NCBI RefSeq assembly: GCF_001457595.1
Contig: NZ_LN831039.1
Location: 750,001-782,000 of the forward strand
Reading direction: 5' to 3'
Origin: Mycolicibacterium smegmatis
Lineage (GTDB): Bacteria > Actinomycetota > Actinomycetes > Mycobacteriales > Mycobacteriaceae
DNA length: 32,000 nucleotides
In this document: positions 1 to 10,713 of the stretch, piece by piece
Layout: each line of letters opens with the position of its first letter
Position numbering within the stretch: the stretch's first letter is position 1
Notes under the pieces: generated by a model
The model's database searches: none
Seen by the model: only the letters and a program-made list of their open reading frames with translations
What the model was told of the DNA's origin: nothing
Program-made: the position numbers and the translations under genes

Positions 1-193
1 GTTGGTCCAACCGGGGGCTGCTCACGTCGGTATGGCCGTAGGCGCCCAGATACCGCCCCAGGTCGTGCCAGTGCACGATCAGCAGGTTCTGCCGTTGCGG
101 CTCGGTCACGTCGCATCCTTTCCGTCCTCGAGACGACCGAACAGCCTCGGCCGCGTTCCCGCAACCGTTTGGCTCATCGAGAGCAACTCATCC

Positions 194-688
194 TTACGGG
201 TGGTACTGCACGCCGACGGCCCGGAACACGTACTCGGGACCGACGTCGAACGCGAGCGACCGCCGCGGCAGGCGCGCCAGGACGTCCTCGGGTATGGCGA
301 CCTTGTAGTGCAGGGACAGATGTCCTTCGAAATGCCCGTAGCGGTGGCCGTCGACCCGGGCCAGATCGGCCTCGATCACCAGGCCATGGGCGGACAGTTC
401 GGCGGTCACCGCCCCGTTCTGCGGTGCCGACCACGGCTGGTCGACGGTGCGGCCCGCCAGCTTGGGCAGGGTCGCCAGGGTCGCCAGCGCGCGTTGTTCG
501 GTGAGCATCACCGAGCCGGCGTAGCTGGAAACGCTGTTCGCGGCGCGTTTGCCCGGGATGGCGCCGCTGAACCGCCTGGTCACCGGGACGTACTCGGCCA
601 GGAACAGCACGCCTTCGGCCTCGGCCTCCGCACGCAGGGCATCGGGCAGTTCACCGATGCGCAAGAGCTTTCGCAGGAACAGTGCCAC
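194..688 (-). CDS. Conserved hypothetical protein (164 aa)
   Basis: Complete ORF starting MALFLRKLLRIGELP; divergent from the PAP2 gene; no recognised catalytic motif. Placement next to a PAP2 gene resembles the M. tuberculosis Rv0307c-Rv0308 arrangement. Confidence 0.75.
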   Translation of the reverse strand: MALFLRKLLRIGELPDALRAEAEAEGVLFLAEYVPVTRRFSGAIPGKRAANSVSSYAGSVMLTEQRALATLATLPKLAGRTVDQPWSAPQNGAVTAELSAHGLVIEADLARVDGHRYGHFEGHLSLHYKVAIPEDVLARLPRRSLAFDVGPEYVFRAVGVQYHP

Positions 689-755
689 CCCTGCACGGTA
701 GCTCGCCGCGACGTGTCACCGGGCGGTGCCACGTGTGGCTGGTAGAGATGGTCGG

Positions 756-1427
756 GTGGAGAGAACCCGCGGGTTGCTGATCGCGTCGGCGCTGGTGGCT
801 GTCGCGGTGTATGCGCTCATGTGGATCGGGTACCGGTCGGGATGGCCGTGGCTGGTCTCGTTCGACGACGCCGGGCTGGATCCGGCGTTCCGCTTCGGCA
901 CCGAGCACCCGGCCTGGGTGACGGCCTGGAATGTGTTCTGCACCGTGCTGGGGCCGTACTCGTTTCGCGCGGTGTTCGCGGTCTTCATCGTCGTGGCACT
1001 CATAAGGCGGCACTTCCGGCCCGCGGTGTTCGCCCTGTTGTCGGTCGAGCTGAGCGGATTGGTGACGCAGCTGGCGAAGCTGGCGTCCGACCGTCCGCGC
1101 CCGCCCACCGCGCTCGTGTACGCGTCGTGGACGTCGTTTCCGTCCGGTCATGCGCTCGGGGTGATGGTGTGCGTGCCGGCCCTGCTCGCGCTCGTGTGGC
1201 CGCTGCTGCGCGGCGCGTGGCGCGGCTGGGCGGTGGCCGCGGGCGCGCTGGTCATCGTCGCCATCGGTGTGGGGCGCGTGGTGCTCAACGTGCACCACCC
1301 GTCCGATGTCGTCGCGGGCTGGGCGCTGGGCTACGCGTTCTTCGTGGTGTGCCTGCTGCTCGCGCCGCCGTATCCCGACGTCAGGGCAAGGGGCGAAATA
1401 CCGGAAGTGCGCGGTATCGCGACGTGA
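756..1427 (+). CDS. PAP2-superfamily membrane phosphatase
   Basis: Motifs KLASDRPRP, SWTSFPSGHALG and GRVVLNVHHPSDVV plus several TM helices. The track starts at 726; a GTG at 756 follows TAGAGA (743-748) and is the preferred start. Confidence 0.85.
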   Translation: MERTRGLLIASALVAVAVYALMWIGYRSGWPWLVSFDDAGLDPAFRFGTEHPAWVTAWNVFCTVLGPYSFRAVFAVFIVVALIRRHFRPAVFALLSVELSGLVTQLAKLASDRPRPPTALVYASWTSFPSGHALGVMVCVPALLALVWPLLRGAWRGWAVAAGALVIVAIGVGRVVLNVHHPSDVVAGWALGYAFFVVCLLLAPPYPDVRARGEIPEVRGIAT

Positions 1428-2844
1428 ACGTCGCCTCGGTGTAGGGCTCGCCGACCTCGCCGTCGTGCGCCAGCACCGTCGGCCCGTCGACGGTCTCGAA
1501 GTGGAACTGCGGCACCTGCATCTCGTGGTAGAGCGGGCTGCGTTCGAGCCGGCCCAGCAGCATCGAGGTCGCGATGCGCAGCCGCCCGAACCGTTTGCCC
1601 GTCTCGAGGATCCGGACGTCGATGAGGCCGTCGTCCATGCGCGGCCGCAACGACGGCGCGAAACCGGACGGGAAGTACACCGAGTTGCCCAGGAAGAACA
1701 GCGAGGTCTCGACGGTCTTGTCGTCGTAGGTGATGCGCACCGGTTCGTCGCGGCGCAGCGTGAGGTACAGCGCGTACGCGGCCGCGACGCGCTTGCCCAG
1801 GCGGTGCTCGAGCTTCTCGCGGATCCGCACGAACTTGGGGTAGGCGCCGATGCTGGCGGTGTTGAGCACCATGTGCTTGTCGTTGAGGCACACCAGGTCC
1901 ACGTATGCCGCACTGCCCTGCCGGATGGCCTCGACCGTGCGGGCCACGGTGTCGCAGCCGATGTCCTTCGCGAAGTGGTTGAATGTGCCGCCCGGGAACA
2001 CCGCGAGCGGCAGGCCGGCCTCCACCGCGATGCCCGCGGCGCACGCCACGGTGCCGTCGCCGCCACCCACGGCGAGGACCTCGCAGCGCGACGCGGCCTC
2101 GCGCAGCACCTCCTCGATGTCGTCGTCCTCGTCGAGCTCGACGACCTCGGCCTGGGGCAGTGCCTCGCGCACCTCCTCGACGACGCGCGCGCCGGTACCG
2201 CTGCCCGAGGCCGGGTTGATCACCAGCGTGACGCCCGACCCTTCCGGTCGGGGTGCGGTCTTGTACCGCAGCGGCTCCGATGTGGGCAGGCTCGCGGCGG
2301 GGATGGTCGGCACGATGCGGGCGCCGAGGATCGCGATGGTGGCGCCGATACCGAATCCGGCGAACACGTCACCCGGATAGTGCGCACCGGTCGCGACCCG
2401 CGACAGGCCGACGAGTCCGGCGAGCAATGCGAGCGGAAGGCCGATCGGGGCGGATTCGAGGCCGACGCCGACCGCGAAGGCCGCCGCGCTCGAGGAGTGC
2501 CCCGACGGCAGGGAATGCGACGTGGGGACGCGACGGGTCTGCCGGATCAGCGGGATGATGCTGCGGTCGGGGCGCGGCCTGCGCCAGATGCGCTTGGCGA
2601 TCTGATTGGTCACCAGGCTCGTGACCGCGAGGCTCGCGATGCCGCGTACCGCGCCGCGCCGAGCCGAGTTCCCGCCGACCGCGCCGAGGCCGGCGGCGAT
2701 GACGAACCAGAGCTTCGAGTGGTCGGCGGCCCTGGTCAACTTCGGCATGAGGGAGTCGAGCAGTGGGCTGGGGGATTCGGCGACCGCCTCGAACACTTCA
2801 CGGTCGAGTGTGCCGAGTCCACGGCCGATCTTTGGCACGTCCAT
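1381..2844 (-). CDS. Bifunctional PAP2 phosphatase / diacylglycerol kinase (DAGK/LCB5-like) family protein
   Basis: N-terminal PAP2 motifs (KRIWRRPRPDR, SLPSGHSS, SRVATGAHYPGD) followed by a DAGK catalytic domain (TLVINPASGSG, VGGGDGTV, FPGGTFNHFAKD). Confidence 0.92.
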   Translation of the reverse strand: MDVPKIGRGLGTLDREVFEAVAESPSPLLDSLMPKLTRAADHSKLWFVIAAGLGAVGGNSARRGAVRGIASLAVTSLVTNQIAKRIWRRPRPDRSIIPLIRQTRRVPTSHSLPSGHSSSAAAFAVGVGLESAPIGLPLALLAGLVGLSRVATGAHYPGDVFAGFGIGATIAILGARIVPTIPAASLPTSEPLRYKTAPRPEGSGVTLVINPASGSGTGARVVEEVREALPQAEVVELDEDDDIEEVLREAASRCEVLAVGGGDGTVACAAGIAVEAGLPLAVFPGGTFNHFAKDIGCDTVARTVEAIRQGSAAYVDLVCLNDKHMVLNTASIGAYPKFVRIREKLEHRLGKRVAAAYALYLTLRRDEPVRITYDDKTVETSLFFLGNSVYFPSGFAPSLRPRMDDGLIDVRILETGKRFGRLRIATSMLLGRLERSPLYHEMQVPQFHFETVDGPTVLAHDGEVGEPYTEATFTSRYRALPVFRPLP

Positions 2845-2923
2845 GAACCCAACCTATCCGCCCGGAACCGGATCGTGTCTGAACAGTTACGTGGCGTATA
2901 GGTGTGCCCCCGACTATGGACGG

Positions 2924-3577
2924 GTGCGCCGACTACTCGTATCGCTGTGCGTGGCGGCCGTGGCACTGGCGTGCGCACCGAGCGCGGCAGCCGTGGAGAA
3001 CCCGTGGTTCGCGCGATCGGTCGGCACTGCCACCCAGGTGATTTCCGTTGTGGGCGTGGGTGGTTCGAAGGCCAAGATGGATGTCTACCAGCGCACCGCG
3101 GCAGGCTGGCAGCCCGTGGGCGTAGGCATCGAAGCCTGGATCGGCGCCAACGGGATGGCCCCGCAGACCCACGACGGCGAGATGAAGACGCCGATGGGCA
3201 TCTTCACGCTCGACTTCGCGTTCGGGACCGCGCCGAATCCCGGTGGCGGGCTGAAATATGTGCAGGTGGGCCCGGACCACTGGTGGGACGGCGACATGAA
3301 GAGCCCCACCTACAACACCATGCAGGTGTGCAAGAAGGCACAGTGCCCGTTCGACACCGACCCCCGCAGCGGCACCGAGAATCTGAACATCCCGCAGTAC
3401 CGGCATGCCGTGGTGATGGGCGTGAACAAGGCCAGGGTGCCGGGCAACGGCGGAGCCTTCTTCGTGCACAACACCGACGGCGGGCCGACCGCGGGATGTG
3501 TGGCCATCGACGACGCGACGCTGGTACAGATCATCCGCTGGTTGCGGCCGGGCGCGCTGATCGCGGTGGCGAAGTAG
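2924..3577 (+). CDS. Secreted L,D-transpeptidase (YkuD)-like protein
   Basis: GTG start giving signal peptide MRRLLVSLCVAAVALACAPSAAA; C-terminal FFVHNTDGGPTAGCVAIDDATLVQIIRWL with the HisX..GC catalytic Cys motif. The track ORF start at 2606 overlaps the opposing gene and is too far upstream. Confidence 0.85.
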   Translation: MRRLLVSLCVAAVALACAPSAAAVENPWFARSVGTATQVISVVGVGGSKAKMDVYQRTAAGWQPVGVGIEAWIGANGMAPQTHDGEMKTPMGIFTLDFAFGTAPNPGGGLKYVQVGPDHWWDGDMKSPTYNTMQVCKKAQCPFDTDPRSGTENLNIPQYRHAVVMGVNKARVPGNGGAFFVHNTDGGPTAGCVAIDDATLVQIIRWLRPGALIAVAK

Positions 3578-3582
3578 CGACG

Positions 3583-4068
3583 TCAGATATGCAGTGCGGC
3601 ACCCGGTTTCAGGTGGAAGTTCAAGTTCTCCAGTGACATGGTGGCGTCATAGGTGCGGTCGTAGCCGGTGGCGCTGATCTTCCAGCCGTCGGAGGTGCGG
3701 CGGTAGGTGTCGCGGTAGAAGGCCGCGCCGATCAGCATGAAGTTGAAGTCGGGCGCGATCACGCGGTCCTGCAGGTACCAGGTCCCCGTGGCCTCATCAC
3801 CGTCGACGGTGATCTCGGGATGGGCGACGCGGTGCTCGGTGATGATCGACGGCCCCAGCGACTGGCGCATGTAGTCCACGAGCGCCGCGCGATCGGTGAA
3901 GTGCAGCGCCTCGCCGAGGGACTGGCCGTAGTCGCCCCGTACGTCCTCGGTGAGCGTGTCGGCGAACTCGTCCCAGTTCTTGGTGTCCAGCGCGCGCAGG
4001 TACCGGTACTTGACCCGCTCGATGTCCTTTATGTCGATGTCGTCATTGACTCGGAGGTTGTCACCCAT
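3583..4068 (-). CDS. SnoaL-like / nuclear transport factor 2 fold protein
   Basis: 161 aa, IERVKYRYLRALDTKNWDEFADTLTEDV...GTWYLQDRV...AAFYRDTYRRTSDGWKI is typical of SnoaL-like proteins. Confidence 0.8.
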   Translation of the reverse strand: MGDNLRVNDDIDIKDIERVKYRYLRALDTKNWDEFADTLTEDVRGDYGQSLGEALHFTDRAALVDYMRQSLGPSIITEHRVAHPEITVDGDEATGTWYLQDRVIAPDFNFMLIGAAFYRDTYRRTSDGWKISATGYDRTYDATMSLENLNFHLKPGAALHI

Positions 4069-4096
4069 GCCCGATATTGCAGCACATGAGCAGGCG

Positions 4097-5608
4097 TCAC
4101 GGTGCGGGTGTCAGGCCATGGGTGGCCGGGCCCTCCAGAAGGGTGCCGTCGGGCGCGAACCGTGACCCGTGCAGCGGGCACTCCCACGCCTCGTCGGAAT
4201 CGTTCCACTCGACGATGCCGCCGAGGTGCGGGCACACGGGGGACACGCGGCGTTCGACGCCGTCGACGACGCTGCAGGCCTCCATGCGCCACGGCGGGCC
4301 TGCGACCACACCGCCGTCGTCAGGGACGCCGTCGCCCCTACGCAGTATCGGGGTGACCCACCCCTTGGCCATGTTGAACCCCACCTCGAGGTTGACCTTC
4401 AAGGCCGTCGGGATCCCGGACAGCTCATGCGGACTCCAACTGTCGAACGCCTGGGACCAGTCCATCCGGCCGCCCAGGATCCGGCTCGACAACGCGAGCG
4501 CCGCTGCGGTGCCGTTGGTCATGCCCCACTTGTCGAAACCTGTTGCCACAAAGACTTTTTCGTTGCCCGGCAGGAGCGGGCCCACGTAGGGAAGCTCGTC
4601 GACGGGCGTGTAGTCCTGCGCCGACCAGTAGTGCGTCTGGATCGCACCGGGCCAGTGCACCTTGGCCCACGACGCGAGTTCGTCGACGTCGTCGGACGGA
4701 TGCGAGCGGCGGCCCACGGTATGTCCGGCCCCGCCCACGATCAGCCGGTCCCCGTCGGCGGTGGGGGCGTAACGCACCGAGCGGGTGGGGGAATCGGTCG
4801 AGATGTACATGCCGCGCGTCGCCGCACCCGGAACCCGGAACGCCAGGCAGTACGAGCGGTGCGGCGACAACCGGGCGAAGAAGCCGCCACGGTCGAGAAT
4901 CGGTATCCCCGTGGCCAGTACGCACTGTCCGGCGCGCACGTCCAACTCGGTTCCGGTGTGGCTGCGCACCTTGATCTTCAGACCCGACGAGTCCTGCGAC
5001 ACGCCCAGCACGCGGGTGCCTTCCACGAGCCTGCCGTTACGCTCGTCGAGTTCGACGATGAGCTTGTCCAGCAAGGGCATCGGATCGAACTGGGCCTGAT
5101 CGGGCAACCGGACGCCGCCCGCGAACGGGAACGGGACGTCGGCTGCGTCGACCCAGTCGGCGTCGAGTCCCACCTCGCGGCACGCGTCGTACTCGGCGCG
5201 TGCCGACGCGATGCCCTTCTCGGATTGTGCGTAGGTGTAGGCGTCCTCACGCTGCAGCGACAGGCCGTTGGCATCGCAGTACCCGGCCAGCCACTCCTGG
5301 CCCTCGAGGTTCCCCTGCACGTACTGCCCGGCGACCTTGGCCCCGTGCTTGCGAAGGATCTTCGACATCTTGGTGCCCTGCAGCAGGCTGATCTTGGCGG
5401 TGGTGTTCCCGGTCGCGCCTGCGCCTGCCGTGTACGCCTCCAGCACCAGTACGTCTTTACCCGCGCGGGCCAGCAGCACGGCCGTGATCAGGCCCGTGAT
5501 TCCCGCTCCGACCACGACGACGTCGGCTGTGCAGTTGGTTTCGTCCAGGTACGGAGGTGTGGGTCGCTCGGCACGGCCGGCGAGCCACAGGGATGTTGCG
5601 GAGGTCAT
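4097..5608 (-). CDS. FAD-dependent oxidoreductase (DadA-like) with C-terminal Rieske [2Fe-2S] domain
   Basis: TADVVVVGAGITGLITAVLLARAGKDVLVLE dinucleotide-binding motif; C-terminal VCPHLGG...CPLHGSRF Rieske ligands. Start MTSATSLWL at 5608; the upstream extension to 5887 overlaps the divergent gene. Confidence 0.88.
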   Translation of the reverse strand: MTSATSLWLAGRAERPTPPYLDETNCTADVVVVGAGITGLITAVLLARAGKDVLVLEAYTAGAGATGNTTAKISLLQGTKMSKILRKHGAKVAGQYVQGNLEGQEWLAGYCDANGLSLQREDAYTYAQSEKGIASARAEYDACREVGLDADWVDAADVPFPFAGGVRLPDQAQFDPMPLLDKLIVELDERNGRLVEGTRVLGVSQDSSGLKIKVRSHTGTELDVRAGQCVLATGIPILDRGGFFARLSPHRSYCLAFRVPGAATRGMYISTDSPTRSVRYAPTADGDRLIVGGAGHTVGRRSHPSDDVDELASWAKVHWPGAIQTHYWSAQDYTPVDELPYVGPLLPGNEKVFVATGFDKWGMTNGTAAALALSSRILGGRMDWSQAFDSWSPHELSGIPTALKVNLEVGFNMAKGWVTPILRRGDGVPDDGGVVAGPPWRMEACSVVDGVERRVSPVCPHLGGIVEWNDSDEAWECPLHGSRFAPDGTLLEGPATHGLTPAP

Positions 5609-5825
5609 GGCCTCCCTGTACCCGTCGTGACCGAATCGAAACGATCGCCCCGACACCTGCCGGATGTTTTCTGCGGCGTGACGATTCGGCGGCTCACCAG
5701 TGCGGACAGGCACCCTCCGAGGATTGCTGTGGCCAAAACCGAATCGGGCGAACGCCGTTGGACCCCGGGACGCGCGGAGTGTCAGATGGAACGTGGTCTC
5801 TGCTACGGCTAGGGTGGCCTGCGTT

Positions 5826-7757
5826 ATGAGCGACCCGTTGGGGTTGTCGATCGGGACCACCAACTTGGTTGCGGCGCGAGTCGGCAATCAGCCAGAGATC
5901 AGGCGTTCGGTGCTGACGTTGTCGGCAGACCGGACGCCGCAGGTCGGCGTGCCGGAATCCGGGGCAGGGGTGACCCTGGCCGGATTCGTCGAGCGTGTGG
6001 GTGACCCGGTGCCGCTCGTGGCGCCCGACGGTGCGTCCTATCCCGCAGACACCCTGCTGGTCGAGGCGCTCGACGCCATGGTGGAGGCGGCCGGCGGCCC
6101 GTCGCAGCAACTGGTGATCGCGGTTCCCGCGCACTGGGGACCCACGACGCTGCGGGCTCTGCGCAACGCGCTGCGGACCAACCCCAGCCTTTCGCACGGC
6201 GGTATGCCCGCACGCCTGGTACCCGACGCCGTGGCATCGCTGGCCGCGCTGCGGGTGAACCCGGGCCTGCCCACGGGCGGCGTGGTGGCGCTGGTGGATT
6301 TCGGTGGCAGCGGCACCAGCATCACGCTGGCCGACGCGGCCTCGGGTTTCGAACCGATCGACGAGACCACCCGCCACCCGGATTTCTCGGGGGACCAGAT
6401 CGACCAGGCCCTGCTGACGCACGTGCTCGACGGCATCGCCGAGGCCGGTGGGATCGACCCGGCAGGTACCGCAGCGGTCGGGTCGCTGGCCCGGCTGCGT
6501 GAGGAGTGTCGTGCGGCCAAGGAAAGGCTCTCGGCGCTGACCGCGACGGACCTCGCCGTGGAACTGCCGGGATACTCCGCCACGATCCGTGTGACCCGCG
6601 ACGAGCTCGAGACGTTGATGCGTCCGCCGTTGACCGGTGTGCTCGACACGCTCGACAATGCCCTGGAGCGCAACGGGTTCGACTGGTCGGCCGTCGCGGC
6701 TGTGGTGACGATCGGCGGCGGGGCGAGCATTCCCCTGGTCACCCAACAACTTTCGGAACATTCACGCGCCGTCGTGGTGACCACACCGCAGCCCGCGCTC
6801 GACGCGGCCGTCGGTGCGGCGCTGATCGCGGCAGGCGTCACGGCGTCCGCTGCGGCCGACGCGGAGGCGATGACCGGTGCCGCACCCACACTGGGTGTCG
6901 CGGCCGTGTCCGATACGACCGGGCCTGATGCAGCCACCGCGAGTGCACCCGCGGTCGGTGCGACCCCGGATCAAGAGGGCTCGTCCACATTCCGTGCGCT
7001 CGCGTGGTCGGAGGACGAACCGGCCGATGACGTGGTGCCCTACGCGGGACCCGATGTCGTGAATCCCTACGCCGCCAACCCCTACGCGAATCCCTACGCG
7101 GGTGACACTTCGGCGCGGCCCGCCGTGCAGTACGTGCCGCCCACGGGACCTGTCGAGGAGCCGGCGGGTGGATGGAAAAGGTTGCCGCTCACAGTCTTCG
7201 GCATCGCCGTTGCGGCTGTGCTGGTGGCCGTGGGAGGTGTCACGTATGCGCTCACCAGTTCGACCAGCAGCACCCCGACCACCGAGGTGCGTACCGCCGA
7301 ACCCAAACCCCTGACGCCGGAACCGGAACCCAGCGCGGTTGCCCCGCCGCCGGTGGCCGAGCCGCCGCCACCGGTCACCGAGGCGCCGCCTCCTCCGCCG
7401 CCGGTGACCATCACCGAGGTGGCGCCGCCGCCGCCGGTCACCGAGACACACGTCGTCACGCAGACCACGACGCCGCCCACCACGACGACCACCACAACCA
7501 CGTCGCCGACCACGACCGAGCCGACGACCACGACCACCACGCCGACCACCACCGAAACGACCACCACGACCACGACACCGACAACGACCACCAACCCGAT
7601 GACCACCACCTACATCACGGTGCCGTTCGTGCCGGTGCCGATCCCGATCCAGGTGCCGAGCCGGGAACAGCCGCAACCCCAGTACCCGCCGCAATATCCG
7701 CAGCAGTACCCCCAGAATCCGCAGTACCCGCAGAACCCGTTCCAGCCTTACCCCTGA
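5826..7757 (+). CDS. Hsp70/actin-like ATPase-domain protein with single TM helix and proline/threonine-rich C-terminus
   Basis: LSIGTTNLVAARVG, VALVDFGGSGTSITL and VVTIGGGASIPL resemble DnaK/actin nucleotide-binding motifs; TM LPLTVFGIAVAAVLVAVGGVTYAL; then a Thr/Pro tract and a QPQYPPQYPQQYPQNP tail. Resembles the M. tuberculosis Rv0312 description (proline and threonine rich). Confidence 0.85.
   Translation: MSDPLGLSIGTTNLVAARVGNQPEIRRSVLTLSADRTPQVGVPESGAGVTLAGFVERVGDPVPLVAPDGASYPADTLLVEALDAMVEAAGGPSQQLVIAVPAHWGPTTLRALRNALRTNPSLSHGGMPARLVPDAVASLAALRVNPGLPTGGVVALVDFGGSGTSITLADAASGFEPIDETTRHPDFSGDQIDQALLTHVLDGIAEAGGIDPAGTAAVGSLARLREECRAAKERLSALTATDLAVELPGYSATIRVTRDELETLMRPPLTGVLDTLDNALERNGFDWSAVAAVVTIGGGASIPLVTQQLSEHSRAVVVTTPQPALDAAVGAALIAAGVTASAAADAEAMTGAAPTLGVAAVSDTTGPDAATASAPAVGATPDQEGSSTFRALAWSEDEPADDVVPYAGPDVVNPYAANPYANPYAGDTSARPAVQYVPPTGPVEEPAGGWKRLPLTVFGIAVAAVLVAVGGVTYALTSSTSSTPTTEVRTAEPKPLTPEPEPSAVAPPPVAEPPPPVTEAPPPPPPVTITEVAPPPPVTETHVVTQTTTPPTTTTTTTTSPTTTEPTTTTTTPTTTETTTTTTTPTTTTNPMTTTYITVPFVPVPIPIQVPSREQPQPQYPPQYPQQYPQNPQYPQNPFQPYP
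7475..7613 (+). repeat. Low-complexity ACC/ACG-rich tract encoding Thr/Pro repeats
   Basis: PPTTTTTTTTSPTTTEPTTTTTTPTTTETTTTTTTPTTTTNPMTT. Confidence 0.85.
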
Positions 7758-8764
7758 TCAGGAGTGCGCGGCCTCCGGAGTGGCCGTCTCGACGTTGCGC
7801 GGGTGGAAGCACGCGGCCGCGTGGCCCGGGGCCAGGTCGACCAGCGCCGGGGTCTCCTCCTTGCAGATCTCGGTGGCCCACGGGCAGCGCGTGTGGAAGC
7901 TGCACCCGGACGGGGGATTGATCGGACTGGGCACATCGCCTTCGAGCACCAGGCGTTCACGTGCGGCGTTGCGGCGCGGATCGGGGATGGGCACCGCCGA
8001 CAGCAGCGCGTCCGAATAAGGATGGAACGGTGTGCGGTACAGGCCGTCGACGTGGCCGGTCTCGACGATCTTGCCGAGGTACATCACTGCGACCCGGTCC
8101 GAGACGTGACGTACGACGCCCAGATCGTGGGCGACGAACAGGTACGACAGCCCGAACTCCTCCTGCAGATCCTTGAGGAGATTGATGATCTGCGCCTGCA
8201 CCGAGACGTCCAGCGCCGACACGGGTTCGTCGGCGATGATCAGTTTCGGCTGCAGGGCAAGGGCTCTGGCGATCCCGATGCGCTGCCGCTGCCCGCCCGA
8301 GAACTCGTGGGGGTAGCGGTTGTAGTGCTCGGCCTGCAGACCCACGCGCTCCATCAACTCGCGCACCTTGCGGCCGGTCTCGGCCCCCGAGGACAGGCCG
8401 TGCAGTTCCATCGGCTCACCGATGATCTGGCCCACCCGTTTACGGGGGTTCAGGGATGCGTAGGGATCCTGGAAGATCATCTGCACCTGACGGCGCATGG
8501 GCCGAAGGTCACGTTGTGACCGCCCGACGAGTTCCTGTCCCTCGAACCGCACCGAACCCGACGTCGGCTGGATCAACTGCAGGATCACGCGGCACAGCGT
8601 GGACTTGCCACAACCCGATTCGCCTACCAGGCCGAGGGTTTCGCCCTCGTGCAGCGTCAGGCTCACGCCGTCGACCGCACGCACACGCGCGACCTCCCGG
8701 TCGATGACGACACCGGACTTGATGGGGAAATGTTTGACCAGATCGGTCACTTCCAAAAGTGGGG

Positions 8765-8768
<4 letters not shown>
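7758..8768 (-). CDS. Oligopeptide/dipeptide ABC transporter ATP-binding protein (OppF/DppF-like)
   Basis: Walker [10 protein letters not shown], signature [18 protein letters not shown]-terminal oligo_HPY-type [24 protein letters not shown] at 8768 overlaps the upstream stop codon (GTGA); the track gives 8801. Confidence 0.92.
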
Positions 8769-9747
<979 letters not shown>

Positions 9748-9751
<4 letters not shown>

Positions 9752-10710
9752 ACTGCGGCCGCCTCTCCGAGCCGGATTCGTGGATCGAGGTATGCGTACG
9801 CCAGGTCGACGACCGTGTTGAACAACACGATGAAGAACGCGCCGTACATCGTGACGCCGATGAGCGGCGGCAGGTCGAGGGTGCGGACCGCCTCACCGGC
9901 GTACAGGCCCACCCCGTTGATGTTGAAGACGGTCTCGGTCAGGATCGCGCCGCCACCGACCACGGCGCCGAAGTCGAGGCCGAACAGCGTGACCACCGGG
10001 ATCAGCGAGTTGCGCAGGATGTGCCGGATCCGGACCTGCCGCGGGGTGATGCCCTTGGCCTTTGCGGTTCGCACGTAGTCCTCGTTGGCGACGTCGAGCA
10101 TGTTGGTGCGCAACACGCGGCTGTAGAACCCGACGAACAGCACCGCGAGCGTGATCCACGGCAGTATCAGGTGGTAGGCCCACTGCAGCGGATTCTCGTC
10201 CAGCGGTACGTAACTGCTGGATGGAAACAGTTGCAGCTTGAAGCTCAGAAAATACAGCAGGATCGCGGCGAGCCAGAACACGGGCATCGAGATGCCTGCG
10301 AGCGACAGCACCGTGAGCGCACGGTCGGTGAACCGGCCCGCGTGCACGGCGCTGAGGTAGCCGAACCAGATCGACAATGCCATCCACAGCACGGCCGCGC
10401 CGATGCACAGCGACATCGTGGCGGGCAGCCCCTGCCAGATCTGGTCCACGACATTGCGATTGCTGGCGTACGACGTGAGCTGTCCGGTGATGATCTGCTT
10501 CATCATCGTCACGTACTGCACGGGCAGCGGTTGGTCGAGGCCGAGATCCGCGCTGACCCGGGCGATGAGCGCCGGGTTGGCGTTCTTGCCCGCGATGCGC
10601 GCGGCCGGATCGGAATTGGGGATCACGTTGAAGATGAGGAACACGAGCAGCGAGATCGCGAAAAGCACCGCGATCATGCCGAGCACGCGTCTCACGACGA
10701 ACCGGGCCAT
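9748..10710 (-). CDS. Peptide ABC transporter permease (OppB/DppB-like)
   Basis: FVVRRVLGMIAVLFAISLLVFLIFNVIP N-terminus and LPLLIGVTMYGAFFIVLFNTVVDLAYAYLDPRIR C-terminus characteristic of DppB family; 4-bp overlap with the downstream ATPase gene. Confidence 0.94.
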
Positions 10711-10713
10711 GGT

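Noticed and set aside
1267-2901. 544-aa plus-strand ORF
   Set aside because: Antisense shadow of the PAP2-DAGK gene; no family motifs, typical high-GC frame artefact.
4169-5812. 547-aa plus-strand ORF
   Set aside because: Antisense to the DadA-Rieske gene; composition biased and no recognisable domain.
7060-7757. Possible CRISPR or satellite-like repeat from the NPYA and Thr/Pro repeats
   Set aside because: In-frame codon-level low complexity inside one CDS; no conserved direct repeats with unique spacers.
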